Notes under the pieces: model-generated
Databases searched by the model: none
The model's input: the letters and a program-made list of their open reading frames with translations, nothing else
What the model was told of the DNA's origin: nothing
Shown: piece after piece, positions 11,590 to 21,790 of the stretch
Numbering within the stretch: position 1 is the stretch's first letter
How the letters are laid out: each line of letters opens with the position of its first letter
Source of the DNA: Orycteropus afer
Lineage: Eukaryota
NCBI RefSeq assembly: GCF_000298275.1
Contig: NW_006921879.1
Span: forward strand, 527,152-560,907
Reading direction: 5' to 3'
Length of the DNA: 33,756 nt
Position numbers and translations under genes: made by a program

Positions 11590-11770
11590 GCACCTTCCCA
11601 CTTCCAGTTGCCATTGAGTCAATTCCGACTTATGTGACTCCACGTGTGTCAGAGTGGAGTTGTGCTTCAGAAGTAGATGACCAGGCCTTCCTTCCAAGGT
11701 GGATTCGAACTTCCAAGCTTTCAGTTAACAGCCAAGCTTGTTAACTGTTTGCATCATGCAGGGCCTTCAA
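11590..11770 (-). mobile_element. tRNA-derived afrotherian SINE in inverted orientation.
   Basis: The segment is the reverse complement of the SINE tail and body (GCCATTGAGTCAATTCCGACT...CTTCCAAGCTTTCAGTTAACAGCCAAGC), with a tRNA-like head at the 3' side. Confidence 0.7.
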
Positions 11771-12438
11771 AGGGCTCTAAGGACCTATATTTGATGTGAC
11801 CAGCCAACTTTGACCACACCCGACTCAACAAATGTTGCATATCTATAAGGAAATGGCTAAGCAGAATGACAGCGACAAGATGCAGTCCTTTCTCTTGAGT
11901 TGCTAATATTCATGGTGGGAAAGAAAAACAAACATGAAAAAGTAATAATACAATTAATAAAATTCCTAGGTTTATGGTTTCCCATAATTTTTTTAAATAA
12001 TAGAATCTTTTTTTTTGTACCGATGAAATCTTATATAGAACCCTAACATACAAAGCTCTCCAGTTGAAGAAGAAGGGAATTTGGAGCCAACTGACTTTCC
12101 CTTCACAATTTCTTCCATGATGGGCCCCAAGGTTTAAAAAACAGATTGGTCCTCAATAAATATTTGCTTTAATACACACCCAAGCAGAACTTACTAAGAA
12201 AGAAAGAACTTCAGGGGCCACTGATGGCAGGACAAATACACCATACTCCTTGTGGGTAGACAACATTGCAAGACCATTTTCTGTATAGCAGCTCCTGGTT
12301 CATAAGAAAGAAAGAGGCTGAGCTCAGGAACACCTCTCTGTAAGACTCAGTGTTTTGTTGTAAGTTAGACTCAACACCAGGGTAAGTGCTAATCCACTTT
12401 TTCTTTTTCCAGCTTGGGAGGAAGCAGAATTTTGGATC

Positions 12439-12586
12439 TTACCAGATTACAGAGGGATCATTCCCTGGTGTTACGTGCAACAATTCAAAATCTGCGTTGG
12501 CCAGGATGAGGGAGTGACCATCAGGGGCCAGGCCCAGACCTGACAGGATGCCTATGTCCTCCTGTAGAACTCGGTTCAGGTGAAGG
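12439..12586 (-). CDS. TEP1: TEP1 last coding exon (last WD repeat), proposed. It translates to (S)LHLNRVLQEDIGILSGLGLAPDGHSLILANADFELLHVTPGNDPSVIW followed by TAA.
   Basis: The minus-strand acceptor is ttgggttgtactatag|C with a polypyrimidine tract. It contains a WD-repeat core, APDGHSLILANADFELLHV. The TAA stop at 12441-12439 overlaps a possible GTAAGA donor. Phase fits with the upstream exon. Confidence 0.5.
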
Positions 12587-13570
12587 CTATAGTACAACCC
12601 AAGAAAATGGACAGAGAAAGAGCCTACTTTAGAACTTATCTCAGACTTCTCAGTTCCCCATGAGCTCTTCGGGAGTGAAATATAAAACAAAATGCATCAC
12701 CTTGCTTACAAAGCCTGTTATTTTTTCTATTTTTCTAATATCAATGTTCATCATCACCATCCCCTTATTTGCTCAAACTAGGAATCTTTAACACTCTTGA
12801 CTTTCGCTTCCCTGCCTACCTCTAAGTGATTGGTAAGTCCTGTAGATTCTACATACAACACATGTCTGTACCTATATCTCTCCTCAATCCCACAGTCCAA
12901 GTCAGGGCAGGCATGTCTTTCTCGGACTCCAGCAACAGCTATAAAAGTGGCCTCCCTACCTTCAGGTTCTCTCTGCTACTACATATCCTTCATACTACCA
13001 CCAGTTCTCTTCCTAAAACTCAGATCAAGATTCTGCTCAAATTTGTCAGAATAAAACCTAAAATTCTTAAGCACTGTGCCCTCTACAGCCTAGCCCCAGT
13101 TTAGCTTCTCCACCCAATTTCACCCCAGTCCCAGCATGCACCCACGCACTTATACCTAGAATACAGCATACACCCCCATGCCACCTTTTCCTTACACCTT
13201 CTCAAATTCTGCAGCCCCAAGAATTTTATATGTATCTTCGTTATAGCACTAATCACTCTGAATAGTGTTGGTCGTTTCCTTATATGCACATTCCTCGACT
13301 GTGAGCTTCCTTATTAGCTAAAAAATAAATTTCATTTGTCTCTGGTTCACACTCCCTGGCCCACCACTGGGCATAAAGAGGGCACCTGATAATTATTGAT
13401 TTCAATTGACATGGTGAGGAGCAGAACACAATTTCCCAGAAACTGTTTTTCCTTTCTATAGCTAACATCCCATTGTCCTAGTTCAGAAGCAGAGGTAGAG
13501 TGATTGGAGTAAAATCTGGGTATAAGAAAAGGATTGCTCCTACTATATTACCCCAGCTGGTTCCTTTCAC

Positions 13571-13695
13571 CTGAAATTTCTAGATGTTGAATTTCTCTGC
13601 AGCTCCACTTGCCACTCACTGATTTTTTCATCAGCACTCAGAACGAAGAAGGTGTGTGCCGAGTACCAGATCAGGGCACTGATGCGGTCTGAAGC
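13571..13695 (-). CDS. TEP1: TEP1 WD-repeat exon. It translates to ASDRISALIWYSAHTFFVLSADEKISEWQVELQRNSTSRNF plus 2 extra bases.
   Basis: The acceptor is tgtacaccag|GCT and the donor is AATTTCAG|gtgaaa. Phase is consistent with the flanking exons. An alternative strong donor ATCA|gtgagt at 13620 would instead truncate the repeat. Confidence 0.5.
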
Positions 13696-13857
13696 CTGGT
13701 GTACATAATAAGGTATATCTAGTGTTTCTGAGGGGAAAGGATTGACCCTCTTTCCCCTCCCAGGCATGAATGCAATCTCTATCCCTGGTGTGTACCATTA
13801 AATCCACAGCTGGGCCAGACCCACACAGAGCAAAGAACCAAGGCTACCCCAACTCAC

Positions 13858-13992
13858 CTGCGCTGTGGTCACAGCCTTTGCGTCCTGCCACAGGATCAGT
13901 TCCCCAGTTTGATTCCCAGACACTGCCATGGAACCATCTGGGGCCCAGGCCATAGCAGTAATGGCTACAGGATTCTTAGGTCTGTTTTTGTC
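13858..13992 (-). CDS. TEP1: TEP1 WD-repeat exon. It translates to DKNRPKNPVAITAMAWAPDGSMAVSGNQTGELILWQDAKAVTTAQ.
   Basis: The acceptor is ttttctctctagag|GAC and the donor is GCGCAG|gtgagt. The exon is 135 nt with phase 0 at both ends. Confidence 0.7.
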
Positions 13993-14351
13993 CTCTAGAG
14001 AGAAAAGGCAATACATCATTAGAAGCTGGGCCACTGCTGAGATACAAGAGAAGACACCAGGCTATCTCGGTGTCATGCCCTTCTGTCGCACCCTGCCTCT
14101 CTCCTCGCGTCACTCACCTGCTTCCTTAGGTACTTGCCAGAGCCGTACAGAGCCATCTTCTGAGGCAGTCAGTAGGAGGCCTGCAGTGTCTGAGACAGCA
14201 GCTGCACTGACAGGCCCACTGTGTCCCAGGAGGGTGTGTGTTTGAAACACCTAGGAAGGGATGGAGATGGGAAGTGGAGGGTTGATACAACAGAAGGCTG
14301 CCAATATATACTCTCCACCTGCCACCCCACCCAGTCCTTGTAGGAGCTCAC

Positions 14352-14428
14352 CAAGAGTGGATGCCACAACCTAGTGGTCCCATCCAGTCCAACAGTCACC
14401 ACCAGAAGCTCTGACCCGGGCTGGCCAG
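14352..14428 (-). CDS. TEP1: TEP1 WD-repeat exon. It translates to (A)GQPGSELLVVTVGLDGTTRLWHPLL.
   Basis: The acceptor is tgtctcatcag|CT and the donor is CTCTTG|gtgagc. The exon is 77 nt. Phase links to the exons on both sides. Confidence 0.7.
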
Positions 14429-14515
14429 CTGATGAGACATAGCAATGGATTGACAAGAAGGAAAGAAGCAAGGAGAAGGGAGGGAAGTAAGGGAAAGTGG
14501 CTGATGTTCCACTAC

Positions 14516-14648
14516 CTGCACGTGGCTCCTGGGCAGCCACACAGTGACTGATGGGTCCTGAATGAGCAACGATGCTTGTCAGTTCCACGCCCTGATGGTC
14601 CCACACTTTCAAGGTCCCATCCCGGCCCACAGACACCACATGCTCCTC
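14516..14648 (-). CDS. TEP1: TEP1 WD-repeat exon. It translates to EEHVVSVGRDGTLKVWDHQGVELTSIVAHSGPISHCVAAQEPRA.
   Basis: The acceptor is ttctctggatgcag|GAG and the donor is CGTGCAG|gtagtg. The exon is 133 nt. It has the classic GH..x..LKVWD WD pattern. Confidence 0.75.
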
Positions 14649-14744
14649 CTGCATCCAGAGAACAGCATCAGAGCAGAGTCACACTGAGCAAGACATGGAA
14701 ATATGACAACCCAGGTGTGGGCTGGGCATTAGGGGCTTTACAGT

Positions 14745-14880
14745 AAAACAACCAATTGCTATTAAGTCAATTCCCACTCATGGTGATCCCATGTATTACG
14801 GAGTAGACCTCCAGGATTTTCTTGGCTGTGATCTTTACAGAAGCAGATTGCCAGGGCTTTCTTCTATTAGGGGCTTAGAA
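14745..14880 (-). mobile_element. AfroSINE tail in inverted orientation, inside a TEP1 intron.
   Basis: CCAATTGCTATTAAGTCAATTCCCACTCATGGTGATCC is the reverse complement of the SINE 3' region. Confidence 0.7.
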
Positions 14881-15157
14881 GATGCCAAAGGGTGAGGACA
14901 ACTCAGGAATGGTGCGGCTGCATGGCTCAGGAGTGCAATCTTGCCATAGGGTCATGGTACTAAGATGCTGTGTTTTCATGTTCCCAATGCTTACCGTTGC
15001 ACCAAATATCAGCCTTAATCCTGTCCTAATTTAGTCTCAAGCATCTCATTCTTTATACTCCTTTCACTTTTAAGATTAGACACTCAATGCATCCAGGCTC
15101 CCAAAGCCCCCACAGCCCTCCCAGAGACCCCTGGTGAGCCTTCCACTGTCTTCTCAC

Positions 15158-15265
15158 CACGGCTGCCACAGCGCTCACGGCACTCTGATGACCCACGAAC
15201 TGACCAAGCTGCTGTCCTGACCTGGGGTCCCACAGCCCCAGAGAGCCATCGCTGGAGCAGGAGAT
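15158..15265 (-). CDS. TEP1: TEP1 WD-repeat exon. It translates to ISCSSDGSLGLWDPRSGQQLGQFVGHQSAVSAVAAV.
   Basis: The acceptor is taactcttcag|ATC and the donor is GCCGTG|gtgaga. The exon is 108 nt with phase 0 at both ends. Confidence 0.75.
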
Positions 15266-15879
15266 CTGAAGAGTTAGACGGTAGAGAAGTGGGATTATCA
15301 GCATCCCTCCAGCATTTTCTTATACTTACGTGATTCAGAGCAAGGCCTCTCCTGGGTTCAAATTCTAGTTCCACCATTCATTCTCTTGTGATCTGGGGCA
15401 AGTTAATCCCTGACCCTTAGGTTTCTCATCTATTCAATGAGGACAATGACAGTGTACCTATCTGATGGTTGTTGTGGGGCTGGGTGTGTCTATATAAAGG
15501 ACTTAGCATGCTGGCTGGCACACAGTGCACATTAAATAAATAGGAGCTGTTATCCTTACATAATGTCAGTCAACAAACCTAGAGAAAGGTCGAAAGTCTA
15601 TCAATGCCAAGGAAAGATCTGGCTTCCTAGAAGCCAGGGTAGGACAGACTATGACATACCTATGAAACTGATATTCACTCCTTCCTCATCCCTTTTCAAG
15701 AACAACATGGGCTTCTACATGGAGAAACTAGCTTCACCAACCCTGAGTAAATAATTTGAGACTACTTTTGCCTTAGAAATCACAGCAGTATCCTTTATCT
15801 CCAGGGAAAGGGCATCCCAAGTCTCTGGGGAGATAGTACTATGTTCTTGTTAGGAATATGGCTTTCTTATCATAAAGTT

Positions 15880-16085
15880 TCCTGGCTCAGCTGCATCACT
15901 TACATGACCTTGGACATGTTCTTTAATCTCTATGACCTCAATTTCCTAGTAGGTAAAATGGAAATAACAGTAGCATCTACTTTATAGGGTTGTTAAGTGA
16001 GATACTATGTACTAAGTAAAGAGCTTAGTACAATGCCTGGCACATAGTAAGTGCTCAATAAATGTTAGCTATTACTGTTATTAAT
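15880..16085 (+). mobile_element. MIR (mammalian-wide interspersed repeat) fragment.
   Basis: It contains the MIR core ...ACAATGCCTGGCACATAGTAAGTGCTCAATAAATGTTAGCTATTACTGTTATTA. Confidence 0.75.
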
Positions 16086-16158
16086 GGGTGTTAGAAAAGG
16101 GCTGAGTAGTTGCCCGAGAGGGAAGTCTTCCCCCATGGATCCCTACTCCTTCACTCAC

Positions 16159-16272
16159 CAGTAGATTGTCTTTGGTCCAGGCACAGCCTGTGACCCAGTC
16201 ACGGTGACAGGCAGAGAAGGAGCGAACCAGAACAGGGGCATTAGGCATCCTCACATCCCAGCATAGGAGACT
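16159..16272 (-). CDS. TEP1: TEP1 WD-repeat exon. It translates to SLLCWDVRMPNAPVLVRSFSACHRDWVTGCAWTKDNLL.
   Basis: The acceptor is ctctttggacctatccag|AGT and the donor is CTACTG|gtgagt. The exon is 114 nt. It joins the next exon cleanly (…NLL|ISCSSDGSLGLWD). Confidence 0.75.
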
Positions 16273-16551
16273 CTGGATAGGTCCAAAGAGAGGAAGTAGT
16301 CAGGGCCATAAAGGAAAATGGGAATGCCAGGGCTATTTTAGGTAGGAAGTTTCAAAGAAATAGGGGTTCTTGAGGGAAGGAAGGTAAACAGATCCAGCAT
16401 AGGAAGATAGGAGGTGTGGACTGGCAAAGAGCAGGGGGGAGCAATGTCAAATGGGCTGTCAAGGAGCATAGGAACCAGAGACATTATGGAGCCTGGGGAG
16501 ACTGAGGGCCCAGGGAACGAAGGGCCAGGGTTACATCCTTCTGTGGCTCAC

Positions 16552-16712
16552 CCGATCCCTGCCCCCAGTGGCCAGGCTGCCTCCATCCGTGCTGAAGCTA
16601 CAGCAGTTTACAGGGCCCTCGTGTCCTTGAAGCTCAGTGCCACAAGGAAGTTCTTCTCCCTTTTGTGAGAGAGTCAGGAACTCCTTGGGCCACAGCCGCA
16701 CTGTGAAATCCT
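16552..16712 (-). CDS. TEP1: TEP1 WD-repeat exon. It translates to (E)DFTVRLWPKEFLTLSQKGEELPCGTELQGHEGPVNCCSFSTDGGSLATGGRDR.
   Basis: The acceptor is ttctccctatttccaatgcag|AG and the donor is GATCGG|gtgagc. The exon is 161 nt. Confidence 0.75.
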
Positions 16713-17218
16713 CTGCATTGGAAATAGGGAGAAAGGAAGGCTGGCTGAAAGAGGAAACAAGACAGGCCTAGAAGGCCAAAGACAGAAGTAATCAGAGCCA
16801 AGGGTGATGTCTGAGGGATGGGTGAGTCATCAAACTGTGGAAAGGCCTGAGGCAAGGGTCAGTCATGAAGTGAGAACACAGGACAAGAAAGCCAGGTACT
16901 CTCAGCTCTAGCTCCTTCTCTCTCTCCCTCTCTACCACACTTCCCATCGTAGCTGTTCCAGACCCCTCCTCAGGTGCCTAGTATCACTTCTACTTCACTA
17001 TCAGTGAGGACTGAGCCTGTACCTAGAAAGGACTAAGGCCATTCTGCATTTTCACCTCAACATGTCTCTCTCACTTTCTAAGGAACACCCAGCCCTTTTC
17101 ATAGCAAAGTCCTCCCACTGGGCAGGAACCCAAAGGGTTATTAAGATTGCAAAGTCCCAAGATCAGGGTTAGTGAAAGGGGAAAAAACAAAGTCTAGATT
17201 GATTATTCGAGATAAATG

Positions 17219-17452
17219 CATTTAAAAGCACTTGGAAAGTTATTATGGAGCTCTGATGGTGCAGTAGGTAAAGCATTTGGCTGCTAACCAAAAGGTCAGC
17301 AGTTTGAACACACCAGCCTCTTGGCAGGACAAAGATGAGGAAGTCTGCTTCTGTAAAGATTTACAGTCTTGAAAATCCTGTGGAGCAGTTCCACTCTGTT
17401 TTATAGGGTCACTAGGATTCGGAGTCGACTCAATGGCAACAGGTGGGTTTTT
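17219..17452 (+). mobile_element. AfroSINE, full length.
   Basis: The sequence reads GGAGCTCTGATGGTGCAGTAGGTAAAGCATTTGGCTGCTAACCAAAAGGTCAGCAGTTTGAACACACCAGCC...CAGTTCCACTCTGTTTTATAGGGTCACTAGGATTCGGAGTCGACTCAATGGCAACAGGTGGGTTTTTTT. Confidence 0.85.
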
Positions 17453-17454
17453 TT

Positions 17455-17560
17455 GAAAGTTATTTAAAAGTCATATATGCATACATATATGTGTTTTTAT
17501 ATATAAATATGTGTATACACACATATACATATTTATATATATGTATATACATATGTGAAG
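17455..17560. repeat. (CATA/TATG)n microsatellite. A second copy lies at 17835-17885.
   Basis: The sequence is atatatgcatacatatatgtgtttttatatataaatatgtgtatacacacatatacatatttatatatatgtatatacatatg. Confidence 0.9.
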
Positions 17561-17561
17561 A

Positions 17562-17835
17562 GACCTGATAGCATAGTGGTTAAGCACTATTAGGCTGTTA
17601 ACCCAAAAAGGTCAGTGGTTCAAATCCACCAGCTTCCCTGTGAGAGAAAGATATAGCAGCCTGCTTCCATAAAGATTACAACCTTAAGGGGTAGGAGGGA
17701 AGGGGAGGAAACCCTCCAAAAAATTAAAAAAAAAAAAAAAAGATTACACCTTTATAACCCTATGGGGTGGTTCTATTCTGTCCTATAGGGTTGGTATAAA
17801 AATCAATCAACAGCAATGGGGTTGATTTCGATTCT
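17562..17835 (+). mobile_element. AfroSINE with an internal A-rich tract.
   Basis: The sequence reads GAGACCTGATAGCATAGTGGTTAAGCACTATTAGGCTGTTAACCCAAAAAGGTCAGTGGTTCAAATCCACCAGC...A(17)...GGTGGTTCTATTCTGTCCTATAGGGTTGG...CAATGGGGTTGATTTCGATT. Confidence 0.8.
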
Positions 17836-17943
17836 ATATACATATACATATAAATTCATATATACTTATACATATAAATCCAAGATATTAGCATATTTAC
17901 AAGGAACAATGATTCAACAACCCTGTCCCTTGCCCAGCAGTAC

Positions 17944-18156
17944 CTGAGGCAGAAGCCAAGAGTTCTTGGGAGGTAGCCAGTCCCAGCACAGGCTTCTGGT
18001 ATCTGGACAGTAGCCAGAGTGACTGAAGGGAGCTTTTCTTGAAAGCCCAGCCCTGCAGGGACCCATCTTCTGCACCAGTCACCAAAACCTCAGGGCTGAG
18101 CCAGGCCAGTGCAGACACTGCCACATGTACTCCTTGAGACTGAACCTCTTGGGAAC
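17944..18156 (-). CDS. TEP1: TEP1 WD-repeat exon. It translates to (G)SQEVQSQGVHVAVSALAWLSPEVLVTGAEDGSLQGWAFKKSSLQSLWLLSRYQKPVLGLATSQELLASAS.
   Basis: The acceptor is ttttgttttgctccttttctag|GT and the donor is GCCTCAG|gtactg. The exon is 213 nt. Confidence 0.75.
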
Positions 18157-18249
18157 CTAGAAAAGGAGCAAAACAAAAGTGTAAGACGTGTGGAAAGGGG
18201 GTGCCTCTTTCCAAAGACTCAAACACCCCATCCCTTCCCCCTTCAGTAC

Positions 18250-18403
18250 CTGAAGAGATTCTGTAGATCCTAATGCCATCTGCTCGGTACCCAACAGCCA
18301 CCCAATCACCATCTGGGTTGAGAGCCACGGAGAGGGCAGGAGAGAGAGAAGGGGAACCCAGGCATCCACGGGGCTGACCCAGAGACCCTGACCACACCTG
18401 GAC
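18250..18403 (-). CDS. TEP1: TEP1 WD-repeat exon. It translates to VQVWSGSLGQPRGCLGSPSLSPALSVALNPDGDWVAVGYRADGIRIYRISS.
   Basis: The acceptor is cttttcttggcccccag|GTC and the donor is TCTTCAG|gtactg. The exon is 154 nt. It completes the WD repeat from the upstream exon (…GEDGK|VQVW). Confidence 0.75.
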
Positions 18404-18666
18404 CTGGGGGCCAAGAAAAGAACTTGAAGATATTCCACCTCCACCACCTGATTCTTCACTCCCAGAATTATACCTCTCCAATAAAGTCCTCCTTCCAGAG
18501 ACTCTTCAGGAGAGCTGCCCATACACACAGACACTCCTTCTCCCCATTGCTCCGACCAGTCACACTTCTTCCACAGACTCCTCAGCAAAAGTACCACCCT
18601 CACCCAACACTCCCTGGCTTTGCTGACTCCTTCCTCACAACCCACCCCCATCCTCTATAACCTGAC

Positions 18667-18879
18667 CTTGCCATCCTCTCCAGTCGTCAATAACTGGCTC
18701 CCAGCACGCAGGAAAAAGGTGTCAGCAACAAAGCCATGGTGGGCAGGGAAGGCAGCCAGCCGTGCTCCCTCTTGCCATGCCCACAGCTCCACCATCCTGT
18801 CCAGCCGGCCTACAGCCACAACCCGCCCAGACACATTGAAGGCCAAGGTACGGACAGAGGCTCCTGGGGCCCCTAGTTC
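18667..18879 (-). CDS. TEP1: TEP1 WD-repeat exon. It translates to ELGAPGASVRTLAFNVSGRVVAVGRLDRMVELWAWQEGARLAAFPAHHGFVADTFFLRAGSQLLTTGEDGK.
   Basis: The acceptor is ctaactccctgtgtag|GAA and the donor is GGCAAG|gtcagg. The exon is 213 nt with phase 0 at both ends. Confidence 0.7.
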
Positions 18880-18993
18880 CTACACAGGGAGTTAGAAATC
18901 AAAATGTTAGGGCCTCCTCTTAACACAAGCCTGAAGTTACACAGACTACTGATGTCTGTCTTTCCGTACCTTCTAACCACTTGCGCTTCTTAC

Positions 18994-19149
18994 CTTGGTG
19001 ACTTTGAGCTCATCCACACAGAAGAAGCTGAAGCTGCCAGCCCAGCTCCCTGTGGCTATCACCTGTCCCTCTGGATGGAAGGCAACACAGTTGAAGGGCT
19101 TAAGACAGGTGTGCTGGGAGGTCAGCTGCCCACGGACTGTGTCCCACAG
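18994..19149 (-). CDS. TEP1: TEP1 WD-repeat exon. It translates to LWDTVRGQLTSQHTCLKPFNCVAFHPEGQVIATGSWAGSFSFFCVDELKVTK.
   Basis: The acceptor is gtcttctctag|CTG and the donor is ACCAAG|gtaaga. The exon is 156 nt. Confidence 0.75.
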
Positions 19150-19354
19150 CTAGAGAAGACAGAAAAGTAATCAGGGTGCTGAATGCCTGAGGTTCCAGTC
19201 CAGGAGTCACCTTGTCCATCTCCCTGCCCTCAGGAGGGAAGGCTTCCTGAGGCCAAGCTGTCAGCAGCCTCTGCCACAGCGACAGGACCTCCTCATGGGC
19301 TGACTCACAGTTCAGAGCCACTTGGACCACCACAGCCCTAAAGGTAGGCATTAC

Positions 19355-19454
19355 CTTTAGACATCCTCCCAGGCACACGGTGGCTAGCAGCTGGCGGTCT
19401 GGACTTAGGCAGCAGCCAGTGATTTGGTACTGGTGAGCCTTGGTCTGGAGCACC
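19355..19454 (-). CDS. TEP1: TEP1 WD-repeat exon. It translates to (R)VLQTKAHQYQITGCCLSPDRQLLATVCLGGCLK.
   Basis: The donor is CTAAAG|gtaatg. The acceptor is placed at cttcctgggacag|G so that it matches the 2-base overhang of the upstream exon. The 5' boundary is less certain. Confidence 0.55.
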
Positions 19455-19583
19455 CTGTCCCAGGAAGTTAAAGTCAGGCCCCAGGGATCCCCTGGCCATC
19501 GGTTCCCTCCTCATTTCCCTCCCCTGGGCGTCCAACAAATGAGTAAGACCCCCACTGCAAGAGAAGGAGGAGGGTCCCCTTAC

Positions 19584-19708
19584 CGACAACCATGCTGCAG
19601 GTCCCAGAGCTCCAGGAGCCCATCAAAGGCAGTAAGAAAGATGAAGGTGTCCGAGAGAAACAAACAAGAAGAGATGCCATCACAGCCACTCACCACAGAC
19701 TTCTCCTC
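19584..19708 (-). CDS. TEP1: TEP1 WD-repeat exon. It translates to EEKSVVSGCDGISSCLFLSDTFIFLTAFDGLLELWDLQHGC.
   Basis: The acceptor is gctttcccactccctctcatag|GAG and the donor is GTTGTCG|gtaagg. The exon is 125 nt. Confidence 0.75.
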
Positions 19709-20590
19709 CTATGAGAGGGAGTGGGAAAGCTCAGCTCAGGCTACTGCCTCAACTCTCCATGTCTCCCCACTCCAGGCCCCAACCAAAAAGGGGACCAAGG
19801 CAAGGACTTGAGTCCTTGGCTGTCTATATTCCCAGGTCATGCACAGGTTCAAGTGGGTCCATCTCTCCTTCCCTACCCTAAACCCCATTCTTATTCCCCA
19901 ATCACAGAGAGATTCTGGAGATCTACCTCTGAAAAATCAGCCACTGAAAACCCTCCCGAGCACAGTTCTACTCTGAGACACATGGGGTCACAATGAGTCA
20001 GAATCAATGCCACAGTTTGGTTTGGATTTCTTGGAGGAGGGGATGGGCTTATGTGCATACCTATGTATGTTAGGGTGTGTAGGGTGTTATCAGGGGAAGA
20101 GGAGAGAGAGTGGCTGTGGGCCCTATCTCTAGCCTAATGTACTTCTGACCACCCACAGGCACCTTCTGCTGAAATCATTTCCAGCAATTTATGAAAAACA
20201 TTCTCCCCTCTGTGTCTCTGCTCAGGTTCCTCATTCAACCCAGAATACCTGCCCTTCTCCATCCTATGTCCTCCTATAACTGTACAACTCACTCTGTCCT
20301 TACCTACATCACAGCACTATGCTTTAGTTCTTCTTTTTACCTTAAATGTCTTATCTCCCAACAAAAAGAACTGCTTGTTAGGCAAATACAATGTCCTAAG
20401 CCCTGTGAATGAAGGTGTGCAACAAATATTTGCTGTGATTGATTTTCTGAATAACCCCTTTTGATCACATGTGAGTGGAGTGAAGTTGCTGAATCAACAA
20501 CGGTGAAAGCAGATTGGGTTTGGCTTGTTTAGGGCTTCAAAGCAATCCGTGAGGCTTTTCTGAAGGTAAACTCTGCCTTGAGTGCCATAC

Positions 20591-20714
20591 CTGCCAGGAG
20601 TTCAGGTCCAACAGGTAAACTGTTCCATCGGCAGTACCCACAGCTGCTCTTTGCCCATTGCTGGAGAAGGCCACAGCTGTGGGGGATGAGGAAACTGACA
20701 GACACAGGCTGGAA
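20591..20714 (-). CDS. TEP1: TEP1 WD-repeat exon. It translates to (S)SSLCLSVSSSPTAVAFSSNGQRAAVGTADGTVYLLDLNSWQ.
   Basis: The acceptor is ccctcatttcctctttcttctttctctag|T and the donor is TCCTGGCAG|gtatgg. The exon is 124 nt. Confidence 0.65.
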
Positions 20715-20893
20715 CTAGAGAAAGAAGAAAGAGGAAATGAGGGAAAAGACATGAGTGTGAACCTACTTCTGCACTTCTCTGTCTGAATCCCTCTCCTCAG
20801 TGATTCTCATTTGTCCTTTATTCTTCTGCTTCAGAATGGGCTGCACCTTGTTTCTCTGGCGGGCTTTCCAGGGTCTGGCGTTGAGTGTCTTAC

Positions 20894-21125
20894 CTTGCCT
20901 GGCCCCCCATGGTCTGGGGTTTATTACGCCATCGCAGTATACGTGGGATTTGCCATCTCTGGGAGAGCTGGGGGGCCTGGTGACAAACAGGTGAGTCTGG
21001 AGGCTGATTGGCTCCCTGCTGGTATAGGAGTAGCGGGTACTGGCCAAGAACTGGAGCCTGCTGCCTCAGGAAGGCACGAAATACAGCAACATCAGCATCA
21101 GGGAGCTTTTGTTCCTCTTCAGGGA
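20894..21125 (-). CDS. TEP1: TEP1 exon between the helical linker and the first WD repeat. It translates to (V)PEEEQKLPDADVAVFRAFLRQQAPVLGQYPLLLYQQGANQPPDSPVCHQAPQLSQRWQIPRILRWRNKPQTMGGQA.
   Basis: The acceptor is cctcttttatagtttcttcag|TC and the donor is GGCAAG|gtaaga. This frame was chosen because both junction phases fit the neighbouring exons. An alternative frame (…RDGKSHVYCDGVINPRPWGARQ) is also open across the segment. Confidence 0.55.
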
Positions 21126-21294
21126 CTGAAGAAACTATAAAAGAGGTTGCGTGGCAATGGGGAGCAATTCTGGACCCCATTATCCTCAGCACCTATGAAC
21201 TCATAAGGGGTAAGTCCCAAAGTCTGGTCTTCTGGCCATACATCAGGAACAACTATTAAAAGTACAAAGCTTTGGGCCCCAATCCAGACCTAAA

Positions 21295-21505
21295 AGACTA
21301 AAACCAGTTGCCACAGAGTCAACTATGACTCAGTGGCAACCCCATGTGTGTCACAGCAGAACTGTGCTCCATAGGGTTTTCAATGGCTGGTTTTCTAGTA
21401 GATCACCAGGCCTTTCTTCCAAGGCACCTCTGGCTATACTTGAACTTCCAACTTTTGTTCAGCAGCTGAGCACACTAACTGTTTGCACCACCCAAGGACA
21501 TGCTC
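21295..21505 (-). mobile_element. AfroSINE in inverted orientation, inside a TEP1 intron.
   Basis: The segment is the reverse complement of the SINE tail (CCAGTTGCCACAGAGTCAACTATGACTCAGTGGCAACCC) and body. Confidence 0.75.
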
Positions 21506-21790
21506 CAGACCTAGGAAATCAGAATCTGGGGACCTAAGGATCTGCAATTTAGAGTTTCCTAGATTGTGCCCATTACATTTTATACCCATTAAATAAAGCT
21601 TCAAAACTCTGGTCTAAGAGATCTAGATAAAAGGTCTCCTGAGAATCACTTACTTGCCCTCTTGACTCTTTCAACTTGAAATGGAAAACTTGACTGTTCT
21701 TTCTATTCCCCTCCTCCTGAGCAGAACCCCCTATGACCACACCTAGGAACCCCGACCTCAGAGAAGAAACCACCCAGTCAGTCATCTCAC

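Noticed and set aside
14169-14654. 161-aa minus-strand ORF that looks like a single CDS. The same applies to the 194-aa ORF at 17897..18481.
   Set aside because: Each is really two or three TEP1 WD-repeat exons plus retained intron that happens to be open in frame. Splice sites and polypyrimidine tracts delimit the true exons.
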